From contig CAWJCS010000002.1 in the NCBI GenBank assembly GCA_963841435.1, forward strand, positions 672,001 to 736,000: a stretch of DNA of 64,000 nucleotides. Reading direction: 5' to 3'. Position 1 is the stretch's first letter. Each line of letters begins with the position of its first letter. The notes under the pieces were generated by a model that was not told the origin of the DNA, searched no databases, and saw only the letters and a list, made by a program, of their open reading frames with translations. Source of the stretch: an uncultured delta proteobacterium (GTDB lineage Bacteria; Myxococcota_A; Polyangia; Polyangiales; Polyangiaceae). Positions 50,416-60,310 of the stretch are shown in pieces. A program made the translations under genes and the position numbers.

Positions 50416-50581
50416 CGGATCCAAGAAAAAGGGGTGCAGGGCAGTCCTGGGACCACAACGGGGCCCCTGGGAGGGCCCCTCATAGCAAGCCCACAGGGTG
50501 ACGCAAAGCCTTTTGCAGCGTGCGTCAGCGCCAGCGCGCTCGCCCCGAGCCGCGCCCGACCAGAACTGCTCGATGGCGGCG

Positions 50582-51475
50582 TCAGAGCATGGACTTCAGC
50601 GTGACGGCCATTTCCGCCGGGGAAGGGGCCATGCGAACGCCCGCCGCTTCGAGCGCCGCGATCTTGTCCTTGGCCGTCCCCTTGCCGCCGCTGATGATGG
50701 CCCCGGCGTGGCCCATGCGCTTGCCGGGCGGTGCGGTGGCCCCGGCGATGAAGCCCGCGACGGGCTTTTTCATGTCACTCTTGATGAACGACGCGGCGCG
50801 TTCCTCGGCGTTGCCCCCGATCTCTCCGATCATCATCACGCCTTCCGTCTGCGGGTCGTCGTTGAATAGTTTCAGGACGTTGACGAAGTCCATGCCGCCC
50901 ACCGGGTCTCCACCGATCCCCACGCAGGTGGACTGGCCGAGGCCGAGCGCCGTGATCTGTCCCACCGCCTCGTAGGTGAGCGTCCCGGAGCGCGAGACCA
51001 CGCCGAGTCGCCCGGTACGGTGAATGTGGCCGGGCATGATGCCGAGCTTGCAAGCTCCCGGCGTGATGACACCCGGGCAGTTCGGCCCCACGAGGCGCAC
51101 GGGGCGCCCCTCGAGCGCCCGACGCACACGGATCATGTCGGTGACGGGGATGCCCTCCGTGATGCAAATGACGAGCTCGCAGCCGGCATCCGCGGCCTCG
51201 AGGATCGCCTCGGCGGCACCGAGAGCCGGCACGAAGATGCAGGAGGTGTTGGCTCCGAACTTCTCCACCGCCTCGGCCACCGTGTCGAGCACGGGGACGC
51301 CCACCTTCTTGCCGTCCGGCCCTTCCGCCTCGAACGTCTCGCCCCCGCGAAAGGGGGTGCAGCCGGCGACGACCGTCGTCCCGTACGCAATGCATTGACG
51401 CGCGTGGAACGACCCCGCCGAGCCCGTGATGCCCTGAAAGACGGCGCGCGTGTCCTTGTTCACCAAAATCGCCAT
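50582..51475 (-). CDS. sucD: Succinyl-CoA synthetase alpha subunit
   Basis: [39 protein letters not shown]. Confidence 0.97.
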   Translation of the reverse strand: MAILVNKDTRAVFQGITGSAGSFHARQCIAYGTTVVAGCTPFRGGETFEAEGPDGKKVGVPVLDTVAEAVEKFGANTSCIFVPALGAAEAILEAADAGCELVICITEGIPVTDMIRVRRALEGRPVRLVGPNCPGVITPGACKLGIMPGHIHRTGRLGVVSRSGTLTYEAVGQITALGLGQSTCVGIGGDPVGGMDFVNVLKLFNDDPQTEGVMMIGEIGGNAEERAASFIKSDMKKPVAGFIAGATAPPGKRMGHAGAIISGGKGTAKDKIAALEAAGVRMAPSPAEMAVTLKSML

Positions 51476-51566
51476 GTCGTGTCTCTTTCCCTGCTGCCGC
51501 GAACTAGCGCTTCTCGAGGCCGCTTTGCTTCTCGCTCGTTCCTTCGTCTGCGAAGGTCACGGGGCG

Positions 51567-52766
51567 CTAGGCCGCGGCCACGGCGGCGACGATCTTCTTC
51601 GCCCCGTCTCCCATGCCGTCGGCCGACTCGATGCGGAGGCCGCTGCTCGCGAGGATCTTCTTGCCCTGCTCGACGTTCGTGCCCTCGAGCCGAACGACGA
51701 GCGGCACCTTGAGCCCGAGCTCGCGCGTTGCCGCGACGACGCCTTCGGCGATCACGTCGCAGCGCATGATGCCGCCGAAGATGTTGACGAAGATCCCCTT
51801 CACCTTGGGGCTCGAGAGGATCATGCTGAAGGCCTTGGTGACCTGCTCCTTGGTGGCGCCGCCGCCCACGTCGAGGAAGTTCGCCGGGGTGCCGCCGTGG
51901 TGCTTGATGATGTCCATCGTGGCCATCGCGAGGCCCGCGCCGTTGACGAGGCAGCCGATGTCGCCGTCGAGCGACACGTAGGAGAGCCCCGCCTCCTTGG
52001 CCTCGAGCTCCACCGGATCCTCTTCGTCGGGATCCATCAGCTCCGCCCATTCCTTGTGGCGGCCGCTCGCGTTGTCGTCGAAGTTGAGCTTCGCGTCGAG
52101 CGCGAGAACGTGGCCGTCCTTGGTCACGACGAGCGGATTGATCTCGCAGAGCGAGCAGTCTTCTTTGTCGAACAGTGTCGCGAGCTTCGTGACGATCTTC
52201 ACGAACTCGCCGACCGTCGCCTTCGCGTCGGGCACTCCCGCGTGGACGCCGAGCCCGAACGCGAGCTTGCGCGCTTGATACGCGCCGAGCCCCACGGTCG
52301 GGTCGACATGCTCGTTGAGGATCTTCTCGGGTGTCTCCGCGGCGACCTTCTCGATCTCGACGCCGCCCTCCGTGGACGCCATGATGGCGATGCGGCGCTT
52401 CTCGCGGTCCACCACCATGCCGAGGTAGAGCTCGCGCGCGATGTCGAGGCCCTGCTCGACGTAGAGCCTTCTCACCTTCTGGCCCTCGGGGCCCGTCTGG
52501 TGTGTCACGAGCTGCATGCCGAGCAGCTTCTTCGCGACCTCGCCGGCTTCTTTGGCGCCACCCTTCACGACCTTCACGCCGCCGCCCTTGCCGCGACCGC
52601 CGGCGTGGATCTGCGCCTTGACGACGACGACGCTCGAGCCCGTCTCCGAGATGAGCTTCTCGGCCACCTTCGTGGCCTCGTCGGCCGTCAGCGCCGGGTA
52701 ACCCTTGGGGATGGGAATCCCGTAGCGAGCGAAGATTTGCTTGCCTTGATACTCGTGGATCTTCAT
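51567..52766 (-). CDS. sucC: Succinyl-CoA synthetase beta subunit
   Basis: [45 protein letters not shown]. Confidence 0.97.
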   Translation of the reverse strand: MKIHEYQGKQIFARYGIPIPKGYPALTADEATKVAEKLISETGSSVVVVKAQIHAGGRGKGGGVKVVKGGAKEAGEVAKKLLGMQLVTHQTGPEGQKVRRLYVEQGLDIARELYLGMVVDREKRRIAIMASTEGGVEIEKVAAETPEKILNEHVDPTVGLGAYQARKLAFGLGVHAGVPDAKATVGEFVKIVTKLATLFDKEDCSLCEINPLVVTKDGHVLALDAKLNFDDNASGRHKEWAELMDPDEEDPVELEAKEAGLSYVSLDGDIGCLVNGAGLAMATMDIIKHHGGTPANFLDVGGGATKEQVTKAFSMILSSPKVKGIFVNIFGGIMRCDVIAEGVVAATRELGLKVPLVVRLEGTNVEQGKKILASSGLRIESADGMGDGAKKIVAAVAAA

Positions 52767-52882
52767 GCCGAGGCCTCGCGGAGGGACCTCTCATAATCCA
52801 CCTTTCGGACGCTGGCGAGGGGGCGGGGGTGGTTCTTGCCGCGACCTAGCTCTGGAGGGGGTGGCGGCGGCCCCGCCGGGGG

Positions 52883-55297
52883 CTAGTCCCCAAGCGGCGC
52901 AAAAAGGTCTTCCACGTCGTCTGCGGACAGCGTGCGCGGCGCGCCGCACCCTCCGAGCAGGGCGCGCGCGAGCTCCGACTTTTGCTGCTGCAGCCTCAGC
53001 ATGCGCTCCTCCACGCTGCCCGCCACGATCAAATTGTGCACGAACACCGGCCGCGTCTGGCCGATACGGTGCGCTCGGTCCGTCGCCTGCGCCTGCGAGG
53101 CCGCGTTCCACCAGGGGTCGTAGTGGATCACGGTGTCGGCGCTCGTCAGGTTGAGACCCGTGCCGCCGGCCTTCAGGCTGATCAAGAAAACGTCGACCTC
53201 GCGTCCCTCGAAGCGATCCACGACGCGCTGCCGATCGCCCGTCGAGCCGGTCAGCTCCACGAAGCGAAGATCCCGCTCTTCGAGGCCCGCGGCGATGAGT
53301 GACAGCATGCGAGTGAACTGCGAGAAAACCAGCACGCGTCTTCCCTGGGCGAGCTCGCCGCCCAGAAGCTCGAAGAACAGCTCGAGCTTCGCCGACCGGC
53401 GCACGTTGCGCGCCGACGGCACGTTCACGAGCCGCGGATCGCAGCACACCTGGCGGAGCTTCATCAGTGCGTCGAGGATCGCGATGGTCGAGCCCGTGAC
53501 GCCCTTCTTGCGGATCGCACGGCGCACGTCGCCGTGCGCCGCGACGCGGATGCTTTCGTACAGGTCGCGCTGGGCGTCGTCGAGCTCGACGGGCCGCACG
53601 ATCTCGGTCTTCGGAGGCAGCTCCGTGACCACGGTTTCCTTCATACGCCTGAGAATGAAGGGGGACACCGCCTGGCGCAGCGCGGCGAGACGCTCGGGGT
53701 TTTGGGCCCGTTCGATGGGGTGGCGAAAGTGCCGCCTGAAGCGCTCGGCGTCGCCGAGGAAGCCTGGCATCAAGAAATCGAACAGCGACCAGAGCTCCTC
53801 GAGGTTGTTTTCGATGGGCGTGCCGCTCAGGCACAGCCGGTGCCGCGCCGAAAGCTCGCGCACGGCGCGGCTCGCCTGGCTGCGCGGGTTCTTCACGGCC
53901 TGGGCTTCATCGAGGACCAGGTGGTGGAACGCGAGCCCGTCGAAGGTCGGAAGGTCGCGAACGAGGAGCGGGTACGTGGTGAGCACGACATCGGCCGAGG
54001 CGATGCCGCTGCGCAGCGCGCTTCGCCTGGGACCGTGCAGGCTCAAGACGCGGAGGCCGGGCGCAAAGCGCGAGAGCTCGCGCTGCCAGTTCGTGATGAG
54101 GCTCGTCGGCGTCACGACGAGGCTCGGCCCCGTCGCACGGCCGCTCTCCTTCTCCTGGACGAGCGCTGCGATCACCTGGATCGTCTTGCCGAGGCCCATG
54201 TCGTCGGCGAGGATGCCGCCCGTATCGTGCCGCGCGAGGCGCCCAATCCACTCGACGCCGGCCGCCTGATACGGTCGGAGGGTCGCCGCAAGACCGCGCG
54301 GCGGCTCCGCGGGCGCAGGCGGTGCGTGCAGCGCGTGCGCGCGCTCGATGGCCGCCGTCATTCCGACCCAGAGCAGGCGTGAGCCGTCGCCGAGGGCCCC
54401 GCCGAGCCGGGCGACGCTCGCGGCGCGGCTGCGTGGGAATTCGAGCGCGCCGTCGGGCAGCGTGTCACCCCGGTAAAGCTCGAGCAAAATCGCGAAGAGT
54501 GCGCGCAGCCGGTCGGGCGGCACGGGCAGGTAGCGGTTCTCGCCCACCGGCACCACGCGAAAGCGCGCCGGCGTCGCGAAGAGCGCCTCGAGGCTCTCGG
54601 CCTCGCCGCGCTCCTCCAGCATCGCGACGAGGGCCGGCAAGAGATTCACGCGCCGGCCTTCGATCTGGATGCCGAGCTCGAGCGAAAACCAGTCGGTCCG
54701 CTCCTGGTCGGGCTCGACGCTCGCGTACCAGGGCGCGTCGCTCTCGACGACCTGGTACGGATAGCTCGGATCCACCTCCACCTGGAAACCGAGCGAGCGG
54801 AGCTGCGGCAGCGCGTAAGCCGTGAACGAGCAATACGAGTGCACGCTCCCGCCGAGCTCGACGATGTAGTCGGCCTCGGAATCGAGCTCGGCGCTCACGT
54901 CGTCGAAGCAGCCGAGCTCGAGCGCACCGAAGCTCTCGAGCAATCGCTGCGCCTCGGCCTCGGCCGCCCGGTTTCGGGCCACCATGCCGACTCCGCCCAG
55001 CTGGGCTACGAAAAAGCGCTCTCGCCGGTCCGCCGCGCGCACGCGCACGCCACCGTAGTCGAAGCAGAGGCTGATGACGGGCACCAGCTCCTCGCGACCC
55101 TGGTCGAAGGGCCCTTCGCCGAGGCTCACCCACAGCCGCTCGGCGAACAGCCGGAGGCACGGGGTGCACGCCGCAGGTTCCGCTTTTCTTGCCGACGATC
55201 CGTCCAAGCTCCCCGAGTAGGAACCAGATATCGCCTTTTTTGTCGAGGAACGTGTGAAGGATACCGAGGGGTACGATTTCGCGATGCGGCGGACCAC
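52883..55297 (-). CDS. SNF2-family (SF2) helicase/ATPase
   Basis: LRPYQ, LADDMGLGKT, DEAQ, SGTPIEN, FSQF, SLKAGGTGLNL, QATDRAHRIGQ; start uncertain (TTG 55207 possible). Confidence 0.92.
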   Translation of the reverse strand: MVRRIAKSYPSVSFTRSSTKKAISGSYSGSLDGSSARKAEPAACTPCLRLFAERLWVSLGEGPFDQGREELVPVISLCFDYGGVRVRAADRRERFFVAQLGGVGMVARNRAAEAEAQRLLESFGALELGCFDDVSAELDSEADYIVELGGSVHSYCSFTAYALPQLRSLGFQVEVDPSYPYQVVESDAPWYASVEPDQERTDWFSLELGIQIEGRRVNLLPALVAMLEERGEAESLEALFATPARFRVVPVGENRYLPVPPDRLRALFAILLELYRGDTLPDGALEFPRSRAASVARLGGALGDGSRLLWVGMTAAIERAHALHAPPAPAEPPRGLAATLRPYQAAGVEWIGRLARHDTGGILADDMGLGKTIQVIAALVQEKESGRATGPSLVVTPTSLITNWQRELSRFAPGLRVLSLHGPRRSALRSGIASADVVLTTYPLLVRDLPTFDGLAFHHLVLDEAQAVKNPRSQASRAVRELSARHRLCLSGTPIENNLEELWSLFDFLMPGFLGDAERFRRHFRHPIERAQNPERLAALRQAVSPFILRRMKETVVTELPPKTEIVRPVELDDAQRDLYESIRVAAHGDVRRAIRKKGVTGSTIAILDALMKLRQVCCDPRLVNVPSARNVRRSAKLELFFELLGGELAQGRRVLVFSQFTRMLSLIAAGLEERDLRFVELTGSTGDRQRVVDRFEGREVDVFLISLKAGGTGLNLTSADTVIHYDPWWNAASQAQATDRAHRIGQTRPVFVHNLIVAGSVEERMLRLQQQKSELARALLGGCGAPRTLSADDVEDLFAPLGD

Positions 55298-55333
55298 AAG
55301 GTATTGGGGTCCGTCCCCGGGCGGGACGCTCAG

Positions 55334-57196
55334 CTACTCTTGCTCGTCGAACCAGGCGTCAGTCGCCAAGATCCGAGTGCTCGTGTGCTGCGGCACGAAC
55401 GCGACGCCGAACGACAATGGCCCCGACGCGACTTTGACGGCTCCGGTCGGCTCCTCGCCGGCCGGCTTCTCCACTTTGAGGCGAACTTCCACCACGCCGC
55501 TCTTGGCCCGAAAGTGGTCGACGGTGACCCCTCCCGCCAGGGTCGCGAGCTTGCCGCGAAAGCTGGTTCCTGGCAGCGGCAGGAACGCCTGAACCCAGGC
55601 GGGAACACCGATGTCCTTGCCGAAGGCCACGAACAGCGGCTCGATGTCCCGAAGGAGCCCGCCGAGCTCGAGGTCCCAGTGTGGCGAATCGCCCTTCACG
55701 TAGCCGCCGCTCACGACCTCGAGGTGCGACCACCAGCCGTAGGTCACGTCCTGGCCTTGGGCGACCATGAGGTCCGAGACATCGAGGCGCGTCTTGTCGA
55801 ACGCGATGCCTTCGCGTGTTTCCGCCAGCACGCCGCGGGCGTCCAGCTTCCCTGCGAAGCGCCGCTTGCCCACGTGGGCCTCGAGCTCGGCCCTCATCTG
55901 GAGCTCCGCGCGCAGATCGGGCTCCGTGAGAGTGCCGCTCACGTGCCCGCCGAGCGTGAGCGTCCCCTCGTCGAGCGCCACGGGGCTGCCTTTCGGCAGG
56001 TAGGCACGAACGACCGCCGCGTCGCCCGAGACGGGAGACAACGTCGCATCGTAAGCGAGACGGGGAGCAGGCTTCGACAGGTCAATGACGGCGCCCGACC
56101 GGATATCGGCCACGAGCTTTCCGCCGGACAAGCGCGCGCCCTCGCCGCTCGGTGAGAGCGAAAGTTCGCTCGTCGTCAGGTGCACGACACCGTGACTCGC
56201 GGAGTCAACCGCGCCCGTCATCACGAGCGATGTGCGAAGCAACGTGTGCGCCGCCTGCGCTTCGAGCTTGAGACTCGAGATCTCGAGCGCCGTACCCGGC
56301 CGTAGAATTCCGCGCTCGAAGCCGAAAGCGAGCTTGAAACGGCCCGCGCCTCCCTCGAGCTTTACGCCCGACGATGCCAGAAAGTAGTTGGCGAACTCGG
56401 CGTTCACGACGTTGGCTCGAACTTCGAGGGAGCCACTGAAAAACGACAAGATGGCCATGCCCTCGGGCTCGACGGGATTGAAATGAGGCGTCGAGCACTC
56501 GGCTCGCCCCGACATAGCGGTGAGCGCGGACTTGCCGGCAACGGCAAGCTCGCCATTTTGGAATTGGACCGCCGCGCCTGGGCCGACGCGCAACTCGAGC
56601 CGGGGTCGAAACAGAAAGGCACCCACGACGTGCGCTTGCCCGCTGTAGCGAGTCTCGTCGATCCAGAGCTCCTTGACCGTGGCGTCGATGTCGCTCACCT
56701 CGAGCGAAGTGTCCGTGTAGTTCTCGCGCGTGGGTGGCGGACTGGGGACGTAGGCGTCCGTGAGAGGTGGTTTGGGGTGGCCCGGGATGTCGGGCAGCGC
56801 TCGCACCTTGGCGGCGTCAACTGCCCAGGGCTGCAACCGGCGGACTCCACGGACCGATGCCCCGGAGCCCCGAAGCCTGGTGATCTCAATCGTGCGCTTG
56901 CTGACTGCGGACCATAGATCGAGGGTCAGCCCCACTTCGTCGATGCTGACCACGAACTGGATGTTCGGATCCTCGCCGACGATCACGAGATGGTGGAAGT
57001 TCAGGCGCGTCGGCCAGGGTGCCCAAGCAAAGCCGTAGCTCATGGCTGCGCTGTCCGTGTTGAGGAAACGCGGCACGACGCGTAGCCAGAGCGCGAGGTT
57101 CGTGATGAGCGGAATCGCAAAGAAGGCGCCGCTCGCGACCACGACCGCGCGCCTCGCCCAGCGCGGCGCGTCGAACCAGCGTTTCCACCCGCGCAT
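55334..57196 (-). CDS. Membrane-anchored beta-rich protein (AsmA-like candidate)
   Basis: N-terminal TM then ~600 aa of alternating beta-strands, no catalytic motifs; start 57196 or 57244. Confidence 0.6.
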   Translation of the reverse strand: MRGWKRWFDAPRWARRAVVVASGAFFAIPLITNLALWLRVVPRFLNTDSAAMSYGFAWAPWPTRLNFHHLVIVGEDPNIQFVVSIDEVGLTLDLWSAVSKRTIEITRLRGSGASVRGVRRLQPWAVDAAKVRALPDIPGHPKPPLTDAYVPSPPPTRENYTDTSLEVSDIDATVKELWIDETRYSGQAHVVGAFLFRPRLELRVGPGAAVQFQNGELAVAGKSALTAMSGRAECSTPHFNPVEPEGMAILSFFSGSLEVRANVVNAEFANYFLASSGVKLEGGAGRFKLAFGFERGILRPGTALEISSLKLEAQAAHTLLRTSLVMTGAVDSASHGVVHLTTSELSLSPSGEGARLSGGKLVADIRSGAVIDLSKPAPRLAYDATLSPVSGDAAVVRAYLPKGSPVALDEGTLTLGGHVSGTLTEPDLRAELQMRAELEAHVGKRRFAGKLDARGVLAETREGIAFDKTRLDVSDLMVAQGQDVTYGWWSHLEVVSGGYVKGDSPHWDLELGGLLRDIEPLFVAFGKDIGVPAWVQAFLPLPGTSFRGKLATLAGGVTVDHFRAKSGVVEVRLKVEKPAGEEPTGAVKVASGPLSFGVAFVPQHTSTRILATDAWFDEQE

Positions 57197-57270
57197 CGCG
57201 AGAAGACGCAGCCATGAGGGAGTCCGTCGGTTGGGCGAATGCAAGCTTTTGGCTCGAGCTTTCGTCCGGT

Positions 57271-57951
57271 CTAGTGATACGTCGCGGAGAGCGCCAACTC
57301 CGGAACGATGAAGAGCGTGTGCTCGGTGCCGTCACGGGCGGCGCGCGCGGCAGCGCCGAATGCGACCCGGCCGATGAATCCCAGGCTCAACTCGTTCGCG
57401 ATGAACCATTCGTAGCCGCTGCCAGTCGCCAGGGCCGCCCCGAACGTTTCGGGCTTGATCGGATTGCCCTTCACGTCGCTTTCGAGCTGCACGACGAGCT
57501 CGACGGCGACCAAACTGTGAAAGCCGAGCTTCGGGTACGGGTACCAGTCGAGGAATGGGCCGACGCGAAGCTGCGTCACTTTGACGCTGTCATCGTCCGG
57601 CGTGACGGTCTTGCCGTTCTCGATGAAGACGGGGTCGATGCGTACCGTCCAGACGGTGCCCCCGAGCACCAGACCGCGCGCCGGCGTTCCGCCGAGCGAG
57701 AGCGCCGCACTCTGCCCCAGGCCGCGGATGCCGGTGCGACGGAGCGCATTCGAGCCGGAAACGTGCGCCCAATAGAAGGCGAGGCCCGGCTCCGAGCGGG
57801 CGAAGAACCCGTCATGAGTCTTTGCCCCCGGGTCGGCTTCGCACGGGGATTCATGCGTCGCTTTGCGGGCCACGGGCGAGCTCGGGTCGGCGGCCGCGAG
57901 TCCCGCGTGAAAGAGAACCGCGGCGACGATCGCGAGGGCGCGGGACGCCAT
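57271..57951 (-). CDS. Small outer-membrane beta-barrel protein
   Basis: Signal peptide; THDGFFAR; GPFLDWYP; GYEWFI; C-terminal SATYH; TGATG coupling to upstream gene. Confidence 0.75.
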   Translation of the reverse strand: MASRALAIVAAVLFHAGLAAADPSSPVARKATHESPCEADPGAKTHDGFFARSEPGLAFYWAHVSGSNALRRTGIRGLGQSAALSLGGTPARGLVLGGTVWTVRIDPVFIENGKTVTPDDDSVKVTQLRVGPFLDWYPYPKLGFHSLVAVELVVQLESDVKGNPIKPETFGAALATGSGYEWFIANELSLGFIGRVAFGAAARAARDGTEHTLFIVPELALSATYH

Positions 57952-58259
57952 CACACGATCAGGATGATGATGATGATGCCGAGGAGAATGATCACGGCCA
58001 CGGTCGCGCTGATGACGATGACATCGCCACCTCTGAAGTTCTTTGCGTTCCGCGACAACGCCTCGCGCATCGCATAGCGCTGGTCCTCCGACGACGCCCC
58101 GGCAGCCCCCGTGCGCGGGATGCGGATGACGCGCACCTGCGGGCTCCCGGTTCCGGCCGCGACGGGCGAGGTGCTCGTCACCCGAACGCTTTCGGCTCCC
58201 GCGGGCGCCGAGAGCGCCAGCACTAGAGCAACCATCAGTGCGAGGCTCGTCCTTTTCAT
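57951..58259 (-). CDS. Exported double-glycine precursor with hydrophobic C-terminal peptide
   Basis: MKRT + hydrophobic + AGA signal; YAMREA..NFRGG|DVIVISATVAVIILLGIIIIILIV; adjacent to C39 peptidase. Confidence 0.75.
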   Translation of the reverse strand: MKRTSLALMVALVLALSAPAGAESVRVTSTSPVAAGTGSPQVRVIRIPRTGAAGASSEDQRYAMREALSRNAKNFRGGDVIVISATVAVIILLGIIIIILIV

Positions 58260-58270
58260 ACTGCAACACG

Positions 58271-58287
58271 AAGCAAGCAACGTGCCG
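58271..58287 (-). promoter_or_regulatory. Sigma54 -24/-12 promoter (near-leaderless transcript)
   Basis: CGGCACG-TTGC-TTGCT vs consensus TGGCACG-N4-TTGCW; GC lies 13 nt before ATG 58259; no SD. Confidence 0.7.
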
Positions 58288-58302
58288 GAGCGCGTGGGGT
58301 GC

Positions 58303-58950
58303 TCACCGTTCGGCGACTCGAGCATCGACCGGCGGCGCGAAGGTCACGATCGTGACGCCTTTACTGCGTTCCCACTCCTCGGAAAACCCCTTCAGATCGT
58401 CCACCTGCCAGCCGCTGCCGGGATCGAGCAAGAGCACGCGCCCTCGTTTCGGCTGGTAACCCACGACGACCTCGTAGTGGGCCAGCGCCTTCTCGGCCTC
58501 GAACGCCTTGCCGAGCCCCACGATGACGGGACGCCCGCGCTCGAGCTCGTGAACGATGTCCGCGATGTTGCCGAAGAAGACGTACGAGTGCAGTCCCCGT
58601 TTGCGGGCATAGCCGACCATGTCGCCGGCGAGCAACCGAGCGTCGGCGCCACCAATCGCCGCCTCGACCGACCCCGGCGTTGCCGGGTGGCCCCAGAAAC
58701 GCAGCACCGCGGCGAGCGCGGCGGCGCCGCAATCAGCGCTTTTTTCCTGCCGGACCAGCGGGAACGCGGGGACCATCAGCCAGCCACCTTCGCGTGCGAC
58801 GACGGCAGGCTGCGCGCTCACGGCGGTGCCGGCGTACGAGGCGCACCCAGTGCTGCCGAAAAGAAGAACAACGGCGAACGCGCCCCGCCTGACGGCGACC
58901 AGCCACGAGGCGCGCTCGGCGCCATCAGATTGATGGGTCTGTCTCGTCAC
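58303..58950 (-). CDS. Stand-alone C39-like cysteine peptidase, lipoprotein
   Basis: PLVRQEKSADCGAAAL (Q-x5-C), AHYEVVVGY (His), LLDP (Asp); lipobox STGC; no ABC domain. Confidence 0.87.
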   Translation of the reverse strand: MTRQTHQSDGAERASWLVAVRRGAFAVVLLFGSTGCASYAGTAVSAQPAVVAREGGWLMVPAFPLVRQEKSADCGAAALAAVLRFWGHPATPGSVEAAIGGADARLLAGDMVGYARKRGLHSYVFFGNIADIVHELERGRPVIVGLGKAFEAEKALAHYEVVVGYQPKRGRVLLLDPGSGWQVDDLKGFSEEWERSKGVTIVTFAPPVDARVAER

Positions 58951-58963
58951 TTTGATGGTCTTT

Positions 58964-59119
58964 TCACACGACGCGACGGCCCATGATGACGCGGACCAAA
59001 ACCGCAACAACCGCCAGGACGAGCAGCAGGTGAATGAGGCCTCCCGACGCGACGTGCAGCCCGAAGCCGAGCATCCACATCGCGACGAGAACGACCGCGA
59101 TAATCCAGAGTAGGTTCAA
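58964..59119 (-). CDS. lmo0937-like small membrane protein
   Basis: LWIIAVVLVAMWMLGF...GGLIHLLLVLAVV..LVRVI.GRR; TTG start with AAGGA SD. Confidence 0.85.
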   Translation of the reverse strand: MNLLWIIAVVLVAMWMLGFGLHVASGGLIHLLLVLAVVAVLVRVIMGRRVV

Positions 59120-59170
59120 ACGAGCGTCCTTGGTTCGGGCCCGATGGTGTCGGGCCGCGAAGGGCGGGTA

Positions 59171-59186
59171 CGCACGATGTGTGCCG
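59171..59186 (-). promoter_or_regulatory. Sigma54-like promoter for the lmo0937-like gene
   Basis: CGGCAC-ACATCG-TGCG, GG-N10-GC. Confidence 0.5.
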
Positions 59187-59222
59187 GGCGGCGGCCCTCG
59201 CGCCCGAGGACGCACGCCGTGC

Positions 59223-59240
59223 TTGGTCCGCATGTTGCTT
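59223..59240 (+). promoter_or_regulatory. Sigma54-like promoter for the PP2C gene
   Basis: TTGGTCCG-CATG-TTGCTT, GG-N10-GC; GAGGAG SD before ATG 59297. Confidence 0.55.
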
Positions 59241-59296
59241 GGGCGTCGGCAGTGGCCCGCAGCGCGGGGCGGGAATGAAGAGCGAGGAGTCCTTCC

Positions 59297-60310
59297 ATGC
59301 TGATCGATGAGGCAAGTGCCAACGGTTCTGTCGCGGCTCAGGGGGCGGCGGCCTGGATCGATGCGGCAGGTCTGACGAACGTCGGACGGGAGCGACCCCG
59401 AAACGAGGACGCCTACCTGATCGCGACCTTGCAGCGGTCCATGGTCGTGCACGATGCGAGCCCAGCCGCCGCACGTGGCTGGTTCGCGGGAAGCTTGGCC
59501 GGCACCTTGCTCGTCGTGGCCGATGGCATGGGTGGACAGGGCGGGGGCGACGTGGCGAGCCGCGTGGCCGTCAATACCGTTGCGGGCTACCTGCTCAACG
59601 TCATGTCGTGGCCGACGGTGGTGCCCGCGGCTTCCGAGGTCCATGACCGCGCGTCGCTCCCTGGTTTGCGCGATCAACTTTCCGCGGCGCTCGTCATGAG
59701 CAGCTCGACCGTCAAGGCGGCCGGGGCTCAGACCGGAATCCCGCAGATGGGCACCACGTTGACGATGGCGTTGGTGTTGTGGCCCGCGCTCTACGTCGCG
59801 CACGTGGGAGACACTCGCTGCTACCTCTTCCGCTCGGGGAAGCTGACACGCCTGACCACCGACCACACGGTGGCGGAAAGGATGACCGCAGCTGCAGCCG
59901 AGCCGATCGAGCCGGAGTCCCAGCTGCACCACATCCTGTGGAACTCGCTGGGTGGCAGCTCCGAGCTTCCCAAGCCCGAAATGGTGAAGCTCGATCTCGA
60001 GCTCGGCGACACCTTGCTATTGTGCTCGGACGGGCTCACCAAACATGTTGGTGAGGAGCAGATCAGCGCCTACCTCCGCTCGGACGAACCGAACCCGGCG
60101 CGCTGCGCGAAGCTCGTGGAGCAGGCCAATGCCGGTGGCGGTTCGGACAACGTGACCGTGCTGATTGCGAGCGCGCGGCCAATGCGCACGCCCCCCGGTC
60201 GCGCTCGCCGGCAACGTCGCGCCCCCGGGCCCGCTCTGAGCGGGAGGGCTCATTCCCGATCGCGTAGGCGACTCCGGCAGCGCGCGGGCTCTCGTCACAG
60301 CCGAACTTGA
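59297..60310 (+). CDS. PP2C-family Ser/Thr protein phosphatase
   Basis: RNED, VADGMGG, MGTT, HVGDTR, LCSDGL, GGSDNVT; Arg-rich tail overlaps convergent gene. Confidence 0.92.
   Translation: MLIDEASANGSVAAQGAAAWIDAAGLTNVGRERPRNEDAYLIATLQRSMVVHDASPAAARGWFAGSLAGTLLVVADGMGGQGGGDVASRVAVNTVAGYLLNVMSWPTVVPAASEVHDRASLPGLRDQLSAALVMSSSTVKAAGAQTGIPQMGTTLTMALVLWPALYVAHVGDTRCYLFRSGKLTRLTTDHTVAERMTAAAAEPIEPESQLHHILWNSLGGSSELPKPEMVKLDLELGDTLLLCSDGLTKHVGEEQISAYLRSDEPNPARCAKLVEQANAGGGSDNVTVLIASARPMRTPPGRARRQRRAPGPALSGRAHSRSRRRLRQRAGSRHSRT

Noticed and set aside
52883-55297. SNF2 helicase as part of an anti-phage system
   Set aside because: No methylase, nuclease or other defence partner nearby; sits upstream of sucCD
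57238-57258. Sigma54 promoter for the AsmA-like gene
   Set aside because: TTGCA is present but the -24 position is AG rather than GG
57951-58950. Classical bacteriocin/RiPP cluster
   Set aside because: No ABC exporter, modifying enzyme or immunity gene; both precursor and peptidase carry export signals
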